From: Candidatus Uhrbacteria bacterium
GTDB lineage: Bacteria; Patescibacteriota; Patescibacteriia; UBA9934; GWF2-40-263
Direction: 5' to 3'
Length of the DNA: 51,529 nt
Assembly (NCBI GenBank): GCA_016209325.1
Contig: JACQWJ010000036.1
Location: 1 to 51,529, forward strand
Made by a program: the position numbers and the translations under genes. The notes under the pieces were generated by a model that had not been told where the DNA came from, made no database searches, and was given only the letters and a program-made list of their open reading frames with translations. Every line of letters begins with the position of its first letter. The first letter of the stretch is position 1. Below are positions 26,209 through 35,968 of this stretch, in pieces.

Positions 26209-27546
26209 ATGTTCGCCTGCGAGAAATGCGACGCCCAATTCCCCAAATGGTCCGGCCGCTGCCCCGGGTGCCAGGGTTGGGGCACTTTGCACGAGGAAGC
26301 CGAGGCGGCTTCTGGAAGCGCGCAGGCGGCGGTGGCCCGCGCGACCCCGAAAAAAGGGGTGCGACTCGCGGACGTTGAAACCACCCAGCACGTCCGGATC
26401 TCCGCGGGAGACGAAGAAGTGAACCGGGTCCTTGGAGGTGGTGTCGTTCCCGGCAGCCTCATGCTGCTCTCGGGCGAACCGGGCATCGGCAAGTCGACGC
26501 TCGTGGCCGCGATTGCTTCCCGGTTCGGTAAGGGGCCGGAAGCGGGCGGCGCGGTCCTGTACGTCTCCGGCGAGGAGTCGGCGGTCCAGCTGTCGAGCCG
26601 CTTCCAGCGGTTGGGACAGGCCTTCGGACACGTGGAGTACCTGGAGGCGGAGCCCGTCGAGACGATCGCGGCCACGATTGCCAAGGAAAAGCCGGCGCTC
26701 GCGATCATCGACTCGATCCAGACCGTCCCCTCAAGCGAGCTCGACGGCACCCACGGCGGCAGCCCGAACCTGCTCCGATACGCGACGAATGTCCTGCTGC
26801 AGTGCGCCAAAAAGACGGGCGTGCCGATCCTCGTGATCGGCCAAGTGACAAAAGAGGGAACAATCGCGGGACCGAAAACGCTCGAGCACCTGGTGGACGT
26901 CGTCCTGTCGCTCGAAGGCGATCCGGTCCACGCGTTTCGGATCCTCCGCGCAACGAAAAACCGCTTCGGTTCGACCGACGAGGTGGGCGTGTTCGAGATG
27001 GGAGCACAGGGACTCGTCCCCGTCGCGAACCCGTCGGAGCGCTTTCTCGCCGAACGTATGGCGGTCCCGGGTTCCGTCATCACGACGCTCCAGGAGGGGT
27101 CACGCGTGTTTCTGGTCGAGGTCCAGGCGCTCGTCGAGAAGAGCTTCTATCCCACCCCGGTCCGCCGCGCCTCGGGGTTCGACCAAAACCGCCTACAGAT
27201 GCTCCTCGCGATCCTCTCGAAGCGGGCCGGGGTCCGCCTCGGCGACCACGACGTGTATGTAAACGTGATCGGCGGCATGCAGCTGACCGAGCCCGCCTCG
27301 GACCTCGCCGTCTGCGTCGCCCTCCTGTCGGCGACTTCCGGCAAAGCGGACGCGGAGCCGACGGTCTATATAGGCGAAGTCGGCCTCGGCGGCGAAGTCC
27401 GCTCCGTCCCCCAGTGCGAGCGCCGCCTCACCGAAGCCGCACGGCAGGGGATGACGCGGGCGGTGGTTCCGATAAAGAATAAGACAGCCATAGCGGGATT
27501 AAAAATAGAAACAGTGGAAAGCGTTAAAGAAATCCGTTCCTATTGA
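26209..27546 (+). CDS. radA: DNA repair protein RadA/Sms
   Basis: C4 zinc finger, GEPGIGKST, KNRFG, Lon-like C-terminus. Confidence 0.97.
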   Translation: MFACEKCDAQFPKWSGRCPGCQGWGTLHEEAEAASGSAQAAVARATPKKGVRLADVETTQHVRISAGDEEVNRVLGGGVVPGSLMLLSGEPGIGKSTLVAAIASRFGKGPEAGGAVLYVSGEESAVQLSSRFQRLGQAFGHVEYLEAEPVETIAATIAKEKPALAIIDSIQTVPSSELDGTHGGSPNLLRYATNVLLQCAKKTGVPILVIGQVTKEGTIAGPKTLEHLVDVVLSLEGDPVHAFRILRATKNRFGSTDEVGVFEMGAQGLVPVANPSERFLAERMAVPGSVITTLQEGSRVFLVEVQALVEKSFYPTPVRRASGFDQNRLQMLLAILSKRAGVRLGDHDVYVNVIGGMQLTEPASDLAVCVALLSATSGKADAEPTVYIGEVGLGGEVRSVPQCERRLTEAARQGMTRAVVPIKNKTAIAGLKIETVESVKEIRSY

Positions 27547-27634
27547 CTTTTTCGAGCCGTTCCTATTCCTACGCACATTCACTCAAACAGACGGAGGAGA
27601 AAGGTCATGCAGCAGGGTGGCGATTTTCTTTTCC

Positions 27635-27791
27635 TGGAAACTGCCTGTCTGGGAATTGCCAAAACGAATATGGATCGGAAACGTTTTCCCCTCCTTCCCC
27701 AAGGCTCGCCCGTTGGGCTACGCCCAACGGGAGGGGATGAAAGGGGAGGAGATACGATACAAATTCGTATTTCGTCTCCAGGCAGTTTCCA
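27635..27791. mobile_element. MITE-like element with 13-bp terminal inverted repeats
   Basis: TGGAAACTGCCTG (27635-27647) / CAGGCAGTTTCCA (27779-27791); internal nested palindromes; right end resembles 5330-5369. Confidence 0.7.
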
Positions 27792-27793
27792 CG

Positions 27794-29848
27794 TCACTCC
27801 AAATGCACGTCCTCGAACGTCTGCGTAATCCTCTCGCGGACGAGCGGGTGCTGTTCCAAATTCGGGTCCTTGTCCATGAGCCAGCGGGCCCAGTCGCGAG
27901 CTTGCTTCATGAGGTCGGTGTCGGACAGGGTTGCGAGGCGGAAGTCGGGGAAGCCGGACTGGGCGCTGCCGAAAATGTTGCCGCTGCCGCGGATCTGGAG
28001 GTCCTTTTCGGCCAACTCAAACCCATCCTGGCAGGCGACGACGGCCTCGAGGCGATCGCGGCCGGCGATGGTCAGACTGTCAGGACAGAGAAAGCAGAAC
28101 GAGGCCTTGTCCGAACGTCCCACGCGGCCGCGGAGCTGGTGGAGCTGTGCTAGGCCGAAGCGGTCGGCGCCGAGAATGACCATGACGGTCGCATTCGGCA
28201 CGTCCATACCCACTTCGACCACCGTCGTGGAGACGAGCACGTCGAGCGCACCAGCCGCAAAGTCGGCGATGACCGCGTCCTTTTCCTGAGCCTTCAATTG
28301 GCCGTGAAGGATGCCGACCTTAAACCCCTTGAGAGGACCCGCCGACAGACGCTTCGCTGCTTCCTTTACGGACTGGGACCCGATCTGATCGGACGGATCG
28401 ATGAGGGGGCACACGACGTATGCCTGGTGCCCCACTCCGAGCTCCCGCTTCAGTGCCGTGTGCATCTCCCCTTCTCCACCGGGCGGCACGAGGTGCGTCT
28501 CAATCGGCTGGCGTCCAGCTGGACGTTCGTTCAGAACGGACACGTCCAAGTCGCCGTACAGCGTCAGTGTCAGGGAGCGCGGAATGGGCGTCGCTGTCAT
28601 GGAAAACAGGTGCGGGACGCGGTCGCCAGCGCGGGTCAGGAGCGCGTGGCGTTGCTCGACGCCGAAGCGGTGCTGCTCGTCGATCACGACGAGCGCCAGA
28701 CGGTCGAAGTGGACATCCTCCTGGAGGAGCGCGTGCGTGCCGACAACGCAGCACGCCTCTCCCGTCTCAAGCGAGGAGAGAAGTTCCTCCCGTTTCACGG
28801 ATTGGTCCCCGACGTATGCCTTTCCATGAGTGAGTAGAGCGACTTCCCGGGCGGGCAAAAAGGCAGAAAAGGCCCGGTGTTGCTGCCCAGCCAGAATTTC
28901 GGTGGGAGCGAGATAGACGACCTGGCATCCCGCCTGCATGACAGCTTGGGTGAGCATGGCCGCAACGACGGTCTTGCCGGACCCCACGTCCCCCTGGAGC
29001 AAGCGGTTCATAGGGGTCTCCTCGGAAAGATTCTGCACGGCTTCCCACACAGCCTTACGCTGGGCGGTCGTGAGCGGAAACGGGAGCGAAGCGACGAACG
29101 CACGCAGACCGTCGACGTCGATCGGGACGGAATACGCGGGACGGACCACGCGGTCGCGCCGCACCTGGGCAAACAGGAGCTGATGGAGGAACAGCTCGTC
29201 GAACTTCAAACGCCGGACAGCACCTTCCAGATGCGCCGCGGAATCGGGCGCATGGATGGCCGTAAGCGCATGCGTCAGCTGGGGGAATGCCTCGCGCTCA
29301 ATGATGTCTAATGGAAGCCAATCTGGAATCTCTGAGGCAGCAGCCAAGGCAGCATGAATGACCCCGCGCACACGGCGCTGGGTCAGCGATCCTGACAATC
29401 CGTAGATGGGAACCAGACGTCCGGTGTGGATGTTGCGCCCAGGAGGCTCCTGAACCGGATTCACGAACTGCGTGACACCGAACTTCCGGTTGACGCGTCC
29501 AGCGATCGCCACCTTCGTCCCGGGCGGCAGGGCCTGCTCAAGGTAGGCCTGATTGAACCACACGATCTTCACGCTGCCCGTCTCGTTTTCGAGCACGGCT
29601 TCGGTCAGCGTCATCCGCCCGTTCTTCGCCCGGCGGTTGGTCAGGGTGACGATGGTGCCAACGACCGTCACGGTGTCGTCATGACGGAGGCGCGGAATGG
29701 GCTTCGTCTGGGAAAAATCCTCATAGCGGTACGGAAGATGCCAAACGAGGTCGCGGACCGAAACGATCCCGAGACGCTGAAAGTCCTTGTCGAATACCGG
29801 CCCAACGCCCGACAGGTCACGGACCGATGTTCCCAGATGCACGGCCAT
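27794..29848 (-). CDS. recG: ATP-dependent DNA helicase RecG
   Basis: Wedge domain, QGDVGSGKT, DEQHRFG, TATPIPR, QLRGRVGR. Confidence 0.97.
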   Translation of the reverse strand: MAVHLGTSVRDLSGVGPVFDKDFQRLGIVSVRDLVWHLPYRYEDFSQTKPIPRLRHDDTVTVVGTIVTLTNRRAKNGRMTLTEAVLENETGSVKIVWFNQAYLEQALPPGTKVAIAGRVNRKFGVTQFVNPVQEPPGRNIHTGRLVPIYGLSGSLTQRRVRGVIHAALAAASEIPDWLPLDIIEREAFPQLTHALTAIHAPDSAAHLEGAVRRLKFDELFLHQLLFAQVRRDRVVRPAYSVPIDVDGLRAFVASLPFPLTTAQRKAVWEAVQNLSEETPMNRLLQGDVGSGKTVVAAMLTQAVMQAGCQVVYLAPTEILAGQQHRAFSAFLPAREVALLTHGKAYVGDQSVKREELLSSLETGEACCVVGTHALLQEDVHFDRLALVVIDEQHRFGVEQRHALLTRAGDRVPHLFSMTATPIPRSLTLTLYGDLDVSVLNERPAGRQPIETHLVPPGGEGEMHTALKRELGVGHQAYVVCPLIDPSDQIGSQSVKEAAKRLSAGPLKGFKVGILHGQLKAQEKDAVIADFAAGALDVLVSTTVVEVGMDVPNATVMVILGADRFGLAQLHQLRGRVGRSDKASFCFLCPDSLTIAGRDRLEAVVACQDGFELAEKDLQIRGSGNIFGSAQSGFPDFRLATLSDTDLMKQARDWARWLMDKDPNLEQHPLVRERITQTFEDVHLE

Positions 29849-29906
29849 ACGGGCCCATCGTACTGTTCCCGTCCGAAAGAGGCAAAAAAGACTCCACCCA
29901 GGGTCA

Positions 29907-30974
29907 TCAGGCAGCTTGACTCTCTGCTGCCTGATGGAACGGACGCGCGGGAGCCGTGAATCCGTCGATACGGATCTTACCCGCGGATTCCGGAACGGCA
30001 GCCTCGATGGCTGCGCGGCAGCGTTCCAGCTCCGCACGGAGTACATCGGCAGAAAAGGTTGAATCGACTCCGCTCTCCCCAGGTTTGGCAACGTAAATGA
30101 GCGCGAATGGATTCTCTTTCGTGAATGCCAGGCCGCTCTTTTTTACCTGATCGTCCGAAAGGGCACCCTCCGCTTCATACTGTTCGCTAAAGGCGATCTT
30201 CACGGCGAGTACCAAGGCATCCATGGCCTGCTCTGCGGTCAAGATGCGGCGTGTGATGCTGAATCCCGCCGGCATCCATTCCTGCCAAGCCGCGTTTCCG
30301 GTATCGAGCCGGCCGGTAGCGTCGTAGTAGGCGGCGCGGCCTGGATGGTCCCCGGAAATTTTCGCGTGCCCTCCATACTCGATGCCTAACTCGGCGGCAA
30401 GCGTTGTGCCGTAGGCTCGAGCGATCTCATCATCGGTTTTCCCAGTGGAAAGCTCGGGATGCGCGGCCGCAAACGCCTGGACCGCTCCACAGCCCGTATG
30501 GGTATAGACCTGCTTGATTCCGACCGCCTTGAGCTCGGCACGGAACGCGGCCTTCTCCTCGTCCTTCAGCAGGATGCCAGATCCGGGAACACGGAACGTG
30601 CCCGCGGCCCGACGCTCGTCCATGCAGCAGAGGCACGGCTTCTCGTCCGTAAACGCGTCTTCGAGCTCTGGGTACCGCTCCACGTAAGAAGCCACGCCTC
30701 CTACGCTTTCCATTTCCTCAAGAATGCGAGCGTCATACGCATGAATGAGATCTTTTGCCCGTTCCGTCTTCGGTCCGAACGGAACGGCCGCCTCAAACTG
30801 ATCCCGGTAGGACCATGGCCAGACTGGTTCTGGAGCGTGCGTCAAACCGTCGTCTGAGTCGGGTGCCCGACCAGGAACCTTTCCACGGACAACTTCGGGG
30901 TCCGGACTTTTATCGCGGGAGGGTTCTCTCTCAAGAAAAAAATCTTCAAATCCGGGAAGTTCAGATCCAAACAT
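29907..30974 (-). CDS. Hypothetical protein with carbonic-anhydrase-like metal-binding motifs
   Basis: CMDER and HTGCGA match CxDxR / HxxC ligands of beta/zeta-class CAs. Confidence 0.55.
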   Translation of the reverse strand: MFGSELPGFEDFFLEREPSRDKSPDPEVVRGKVPGRAPDSDDGLTHAPEPVWPWSYRDQFEAAVPFGPKTERAKDLIHAYDARILEEMESVGGVASYVERYPELEDAFTDEKPCLCCMDERRAAGTFRVPGSGILLKDEEKAAFRAELKAVGIKQVYTHTGCGAVQAFAAAHPELSTGKTDDEIARAYGTTLAAELGIEYGGHAKISGDHPGRAAYYDATGRLDTGNAAWQEWMPAGFSITRRILTAEQAMDALVLAVKIAFSEQYEAEGALSDDQVKKSGLAFTKENPFALIYVAKPGESGVDSTFSADVLRAELERCRAAIEAAVPESAGKIRIDGFTAPARPFHQAAESQAA

Positions 30975-31178
30975 ATGCGTTATACCATCCACAAATAACC
31001 AATGCACGAATTATTCTTCTGGGAATCTTGCGGCAATGCAACAGTTGCTTGGCTACGGATGGATTAAGGAACAATGTGCATGAGTTAATTGAGAATGGTA
31101 TTAATTAACGGTTTCCGCATCAGAATACAGCAAAATCCACTAAAAAGAAAAACCGCCACCCGCAAGTGACGACTTTTC

Positions 31179-31255
31179 TGGTGCGCCCAGCACGACTTGA
31201 ACGTGCGACCCTCAGCTCCGCAAGCTGATGCTCTATCCAACTGAGCTATGGGCGC
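31179..31255 (-). tRNA. tRNA-Arg, anticodon GCG, encoded CCA
   Basis: GCGCCCA acceptor, AGCTCAGTTGGATAGAGC D-arm, TCAGC-TTGCGGA-GCTGA anticodon arm, GTTCAAGTC T-arm, ACCA. Confidence 0.95.
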
Positions 31256-31435
31256 TTACATGTAAAACGTTTTTATTTTGCCCATTTTGAGCTTGCGGGG
31301 ACCCCGTTTGTGTTCACCGTCCTTATGAAGGACGCCTCGCAAAAACTGCACCCCGCGCACCCAAACTGGTCTAAAATAAAGAACGTTTTACCACTCTTTC
31401 CTATACACATTGACCAAAAGGAGCAGGCTTTGAAC

Positions 31436-31951
31436 TCAGAGTTTATACAGCCTTCGGATCATATCCGTCAAGGTCTCGTCGGTCCGGTTCAGGTTTTCCG
31501 GGCAGTACTGGAGGAGGATGCCGCGGACCTCGTTGGGGTCCGTGTCCTCAAGTGGGATCGAGACCATGGGGTGCCACAGCTTCTGGAAGTCGAGGTACAG
31601 AAGCTTCACATCCGGCGGACTGTAGGCGATCGAGAAGTCCTTCATCTCCTGGTAGTCGTGGAAGGAATTGCCGATGACGACCCCCGTCGTCGTCAGTACG
31701 ACGTCCACTTTCTCCGGGTCCTGGAACGTCGAAAGAAGGGTGATGATCCCGACCATGAGGATGATGACCGCGAACAGGAAGTTGGCCGTGGCGATCGCGT
31801 ACACGATGAGCAGGACACCGACGACCGCCCCCGCTATGTACCAGGTGCGGGACCGTTCGTGACGGGGATACTCGTCCACCTCCCAGGACAGGAGCGGACT
31901 GCCGTACATAGCCGGAGACACGGGGGTGTCGGAATGGATGACGGGGTCCAT
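31436..31951 (-). CDS. Conserved hypothetical membrane protein (two TM + PH-like soluble domain)
   Basis: W...EY..HERS..WY, two TM helices; 171 aa. Confidence 0.75.
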   Translation of the reverse strand: MDPVIHSDTPVSPAMYGSPLLSWEVDEYPRHERSRTWYIAGAVVGVLLIVYAIATANFLFAVIILMVGIITLLSTFQDPEKVDVVLTTTGVVIGNSFHDYQEMKDFSIAYSPPDVKLLYLDFQKLWHPMVSIPLEDTDPNEVRGILLQYCPENLNRTDETLTDMIRRLYKL

Positions 31952-32036
31952 AAGATTATGCCTTTTTGTTGCAGGTCTCCATGATACCGCGAACGGCCCG
32001 CGCCGTCACTTGGATGTCGGAGATTCCGACATAGAC

Positions 32037-33476
32037 CTAGCCATCTACAATGAACGTGCCGTCCCTGCCCGTGTACTTTCTGATCAACCTTGCGACGGTT
32101 CCGTCCTGCTTCAGCAATGCCAATTCCTTGTCCAACAGCGCTTTCAGCCTGGATTCGCCACGCTTCAGCATGAATGTGTTCTCGTACACGCGAATCAGGT
32201 CTGCCGAAGTCGCCACGAGTTTGACCAATGAAGCCTTATTGAAGTGTTCCGCGAGATACGGCTCGACGAACGTGAAGTCGGCGCGATTCTCGGCCACGCA
32301 CTTCAGGCCTTCGGCGTTGTCCGACAGCTGCGGAACCCGGACGCGGCGATGACGGGGAAAGTCCGCCTGCGCGATGGAGTCGGAGATGTCGTTTTCCTTC
32401 ACGGCGACGCGTGCGTTCTCATCGGCCGCTATCTGTGTGGTCGTCCTCCCATCATCGGATCGCGTCCAGACGAATACCGGACTTCTGAAAAGGGACGTGG
32501 AAAAATCCGCCTGCGCTTTCCGCTCGGGAGTGGGCCACACGATACTGCCGAACAGATCGAAGCGGTTCTGATTGAGCCCATCCACGATAACGCCGTACCC
32601 TATCTCCTCGGACCACCGGACCTGCCACCGGTATTTTTTGGCGATCTCGATAATGATCTCGTAGCAAATGCCGGAAAAGTTGTCGTAGTCCCGGTCGTAC
32701 ATGAAGGACGGGATGGAGTTCGCGAAGCCAACCCGCAGGATGCCCGTCTTTTCTATCCTGTCCAAGACGTCCGAAAAGGGCCCTTCGTTTTCCTCGCCTT
32801 CAAGTCCCCACATGGGGTTGTAGGTTTCGTAAGGATTCTCGACGAGCAGGAAGTCGAGGTGCGGCTTCGGAACGCCGTCGAACGTTCCCGCGATGTAGTT
32901 CTCGTACACGTGCCAGTTCTTATGGTAGACGTAGATGACTTGGTCGACTCCAAGGTACGTAGGGGCGAATTCCAAAAAGGCGAATTCCGACAGCAGGTAG
33001 TGGACGGCGATCCCCGTGGCCTTCTCGAGGTCCGGAATGTCCTTCTTTGAACCCTCCAACACCGCCCGTGTCGTGGCGTCTGCACTCGCATGGAATTTGT
33101 CGTTGCCGTGATAGAGAACCAAAACGCGTTCGTAAGCCTCACGATAGACGGGACGGTTTTCCACTTCCCGTTCCCAATCGAAAATCCTTACCACGTCTTC
33201 GCCATAGCCAAGGTCCTCCATGGCTTTGCGCACGCGGTTCTTGAGCCCGTTGCCGCGCGGGATGGCCTTGTCGCGCCGCGCGCGGTTTTCGGGATACCCG
33301 AACGCGACGTAAGTGGATATCGCGGGAACGTCGGCAATCAAAACGGCGACCCGCCCAAACCGCTCCACGACGGTTTTCAAGAGGTAATGAACCTCCTCGT
33401 CCTTGAAGTAGCCATTGCCCGGGCTCATCCCGATGATGGGATAGGTTGTCGGATCGATGGATATCATAGGACTCAT
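32037..33476 (-). CDS. tRNA-dependent cyclodipeptide synthase (NYH type) fused to C-terminal family-3 solute-binding domain
   Basis: IIGMSPGNGYF, YLLSE, VYH CDPS motifs; C-half LDRI..GILRVG, ERK.QADFS, L.QDGT..LIRKY. Confidence 0.85.
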   Translation of the reverse strand: MSPMISIDPTTYPIIGMSPGNGYFKDEEVHYLLKTVVERFGRVAVLIADVPAISTYVAFGYPENRARRDKAIPRGNGLKNRVRKAMEDLGYGEDVVRIFDWEREVENRPVYREAYERVLVLYHGNDKFHASADATTRAVLEGSKKDIPDLEKATGIAVHYLLSEFAFLEFAPTYLGVDQVIYVYHKNWHVYENYIAGTFDGVPKPHLDFLLVENPYETYNPMWGLEGEENEGPFSDVLDRIEKTGILRVGFANSIPSFMYDRDYDNFSGICYEIIIEIAKKYRWQVRWSEEIGYGVIVDGLNQNRFDLFGSIVWPTPERKAQADFSTSLFRSPVFVWTRSDDGRTTTQIAADENARVAVKENDISDSIAQADFPRHRRVRVPQLSDNAEGLKCVAENRADFTFVEPYLAEHFNKASLVKLVATSADLIRVYENTFMLKRGESRLKALLDKELALLKQDGTVARLIRKYTGRDGTFIVDG

Positions 33477-33796
33477 CCTGTTTGGTCCCGCATGCGCTCG
33501 AGAGCACGCAACACCGTAGCGGCGACGAAATCTTTGCGTGCTTCCGCCAACACAGGCAATGTCGCCAAAACAGAGGCATTCTTTGTGGGAAGCAGTTCCA
33601 CCTTTCCGCTAGCATAGTCCGTCAGGTGGGTGAGAAATTCATCAAGCCACGATGGCGTAACGGTGAGCACACCATCGAAGTCGATGTGTATCGGCTCGTC
33701 AGAACGAAGCTGTGGACGCATGGCATTGAACGCCTCCTGTCCTGCTGGGCGGGAAATAAGCACGTTTCCAAATTTTTTCAGTTGAATGGTTTGCAT
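33473..33796 (-). CDS. STAS-like DUF4325 protein
   Basis: FG.VLISRPAG, IDFDGV..VTPSWLDEF; ATGA overlap with CDPS start. Confidence 0.8.
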   Translation of the reverse strand: MQTIQLKKFGNVLISRPAGQEAFNAMRPQLRSDEPIHIDFDGVLTVTPSWLDEFLTHLTDYASGKVELLPTKNASVLATLPVLAEARKDFVAATVLRALERMRDQTG

Positions 33797-33807
33797 ATCT
33801 CTAAATC

Positions 33808-34533
33808 TTAAAAGAGGATAACGGCATACGTTCCACGGATATTTTCGTCGGTCATCTTGATACGCATCGATCCGGGGCCTACGGGAATGTGAACGGCACC
33901 GATCCCCGAACGAAACAAGAGACCGATCTCCTTTGATTCCGCGACGGCACGGACGACTTTGAGTCCGTTCCCGCGCTTTTCTGGATTTCTTCCCGAAACG
34001 ATTTCCGTAAACGCCACATGAAGAGCGTCGATGTCCGTAGCCAGGTTCGGCCGAACGTGTTGCAGTGTCGCTTTGACGCCGCGTCCGCGGTCTGCCAGAA
34101 CGATGACCCGTTTAGCCACGTCGTATCCATAAAATACGCCCTGAACGTCAGGCCAATTGCCAACGTTGTGCGCGAAAGAATTGTCGCCGATTTCCCCGGC
34201 GACGAGCGTGAGAAGCGATGCCAATTCTTCGGAGATAGAGCTCTCCCGCTGAAGTTCGGCACCCATCTTGGCCACGCGGCTCGTGAAACGATCTGGTCGC
34301 TCGCAATAATATGTGTCGGAGAGTTCCGGCGCCCATGCGCTTGTTGCCCACGCACGTCCCAATAGCTGGAGATCGATGGCAAAACGCTTCAGGTTTTCTA
34401 ATCCGTAGTAGCGCTGCTTGCCCACGCTTCGTTCAGCACGAAGCTTACCGGATTTTTCCCAGTTGCGCAGAGTTTGCACGGATACGCCCAGCATCTGTGC
34501 AGCCACACCTATGCGTACGTTTTTCTCAACCAT
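33808..34533 (-). CDS. MerR-type HTH fused to HATPase-like domain
   Basis: IGVAAQMLGVSVQTLRNWE..G.QRYY; EIGDNSFAH (N box), DRGRG (G1), RGNGL (G2). Confidence 0.85.
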   Translation of the reverse strand: MVEKNVRIGVAAQMLGVSVQTLRNWEKSGKLRAERSVGKQRYYGLENLKRFAIDLQLLGRAWATSAWAPELSDTYYCERPDRFTSRVAKMGAELQRESSISEELASLLTLVAGEIGDNSFAHNVGNWPDVQGVFYGYDVAKRVIVLADRGRGVKATLQHVRPNLATDIDALHVAFTEIVSGRNPEKRGNGLKVVRAVAESKEIGLLFRSGIGAVHIPVGPGSMRIKMTDENIRGTYAVILF

Positions 34534-34542
34534 AGTAATGCT

Positions 34543-34605
34543 AGGTTAAGACAAAAACCTATAAAAGTCAAGAAAATCTTATAGGTTTAATATGAAAACC
34601 TATAA
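34543..34605 (-). promoter_or_regulatory. Promoter with triple operator-like repeat
   Basis: TTGACT-17-TAACCT; AAACCTATAA at 34555 and 34596, inverted TTATAGGTTT at 34579. Confidence 0.6.
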
Positions 34606-34836
34606 ACCTGTTATCGATGTTTTTGCGCGCGTGAAGGGTTGCATTCACAGGCCTTCGTGTGACCGATGCGCGAGGATGGCGCGAGAATCATGTCATCCTT
34701 CTTTGGAAAATCGGCGACATTGTTCGTTACAAGAACAGCTCCTCTTTCATTTCGCGTATAATGGACCGGATATGGAGGATGGCAGGTTCACAGAACCCTA
34801 TTATATCAAGGGGAAAAGTGCCAAAGTTTAGTTCTA

Positions 34837-35277
34837 TATAGACATCATACCGAGAAACGGGACTCCGTAAACTGAAACGTGGTAAAATAGCCACGTTGTG
34901 AAACAAAAACTCAAACAAAGACAGGTAAGGGAACTGGAGGAAATCATTGTTGACGGGGAACGTAAAAGTCCCGAGATCCGTCGGGCTCAAGTCGTTCTGT
35001 TGTTAAATGAAGAGGTTCCTGTTGCCTCCATTCACCGCATCACCCGTTTCAGCAAAACACGGATATTTGCTATCCGTGCGACCTATTTGAAGTGCGACAC
35101 TGATGCCTTGCGAGATAAACGCCAAGGTAAACCAAAAGAGCTGCTTACGAAGAAGCAGCGCGACGAGATCGTGAGTATCGTCGGTAAGAAAACACCCAAA
35201 CAACTCGGATTCGTAAGTGAATTTTGAACGAGCGGCATTCTTGGAATCAGTCCTGTTTCATAGTGTGGGGACTATAG
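34837..35277 (+). mobile_element. Internally deleted IS630-like element; only transposase N-terminal HTH (34898-35227) remains
   Basis: RRAQVVLLL..G.PKELLT..Q HTH; imperfect TIRs TATAGACATCATACCGAGAAACGGGACT / AGTCCTGTTTCATAGTGTGGGGACTATAG with TA ends. Confidence 0.7.
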
Positions 35278-35414
35278 TCGAAGCCAACCGCTACGGCGCG
35301 AACGGCACCCCCTTCTCGGTCATCCTCGACAAGGATGGAAACGTCCTCAAGGTGATCGACGGTTTATATTCCGCTCAGGAGCTGCTTGACCAGGTGCTTC
35401 AGGAGCAACTCTAG
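35278..35414 (+). pseudogene. C-terminal remnant of thioredoxin/DsbA-fold protein abutting the IS end
   Basis: A.RYGANGTPFSVILDKDGNVLKVIDG.YS. Confidence 0.55.
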
Positions 35415-35432
35415 ACGTTCACTCCAACTCTT

Positions 35433-35945
35433 ATGCGTCTGCCCACGCGCAAATCGGAAATTCTGCGTCAGGTCAAGGAAGGAGATGAGGATCGCTACCT
35501 CACTCCCGCCTCGATTGAGTGCATAAAGCGCGAGATCGACGACCTCGTCGGCCGCCAGCGTCCGGAAGCCGCGGCCGAAGTCCGACGGACGGGCGAGATG
35601 GGCGACTTCTCCGAGAACGCCGCCTACCAGATGGCCAAGGGCCGCCTGCGCCAGATTAACGGTCGCGTCGCCAAGCTCGAGGAGCGCATCCGCTACGCCA
35701 TTCCGATCGACACCTCATCCGGTGGGTCCGGCCGCGTCCGCATCGGCTCGACCGTTGTGCTGGAATGCGGCGGAAAACAGGTCACGTACGAGATCCTCGG
35801 CTCGCAGGAGACGAATCCCCTGAAGGGCCGCATCTCGTACCTGTCCCCCCTCGGCGTGGCGCTCATGGGGCATGCGGCTGGAGACATCTTGACACTCGAA
35901 GTCGGTGGGAACCACGTTCCCTACGTCATCGTCGATGTGCGGTAA
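35433..35945 (+). CDS. greA: Transcription elongation factor GreA/GreB family
   Basis: GDFSENAAY, IGSTV, ISYLSPLGVALMG. Confidence 0.92.
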   Translation: MRLPTRKSEILRQVKEGDEDRYLTPASIECIKREIDDLVGRQRPEAAAEVRRTGEMGDFSENAAYQMAKGRLRQINGRVAKLEERIRYAIPIDTSSGGSGRVRIGSTVVLECGGKQVTYEILGSQETNPLKGRISYLSPLGVALMGHAAGDILTLEVGGNHVPYVIVDVR

Positions 35946-35968
35946 CTCGTACGCCTTATTTTTTTCGT

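Noticed and set aside
29849..30091. N-terminal extension of RecG in the ORF track
   Set aside because: It overlaps the upstream gene; RecG homology begins at MAVHL (29848).
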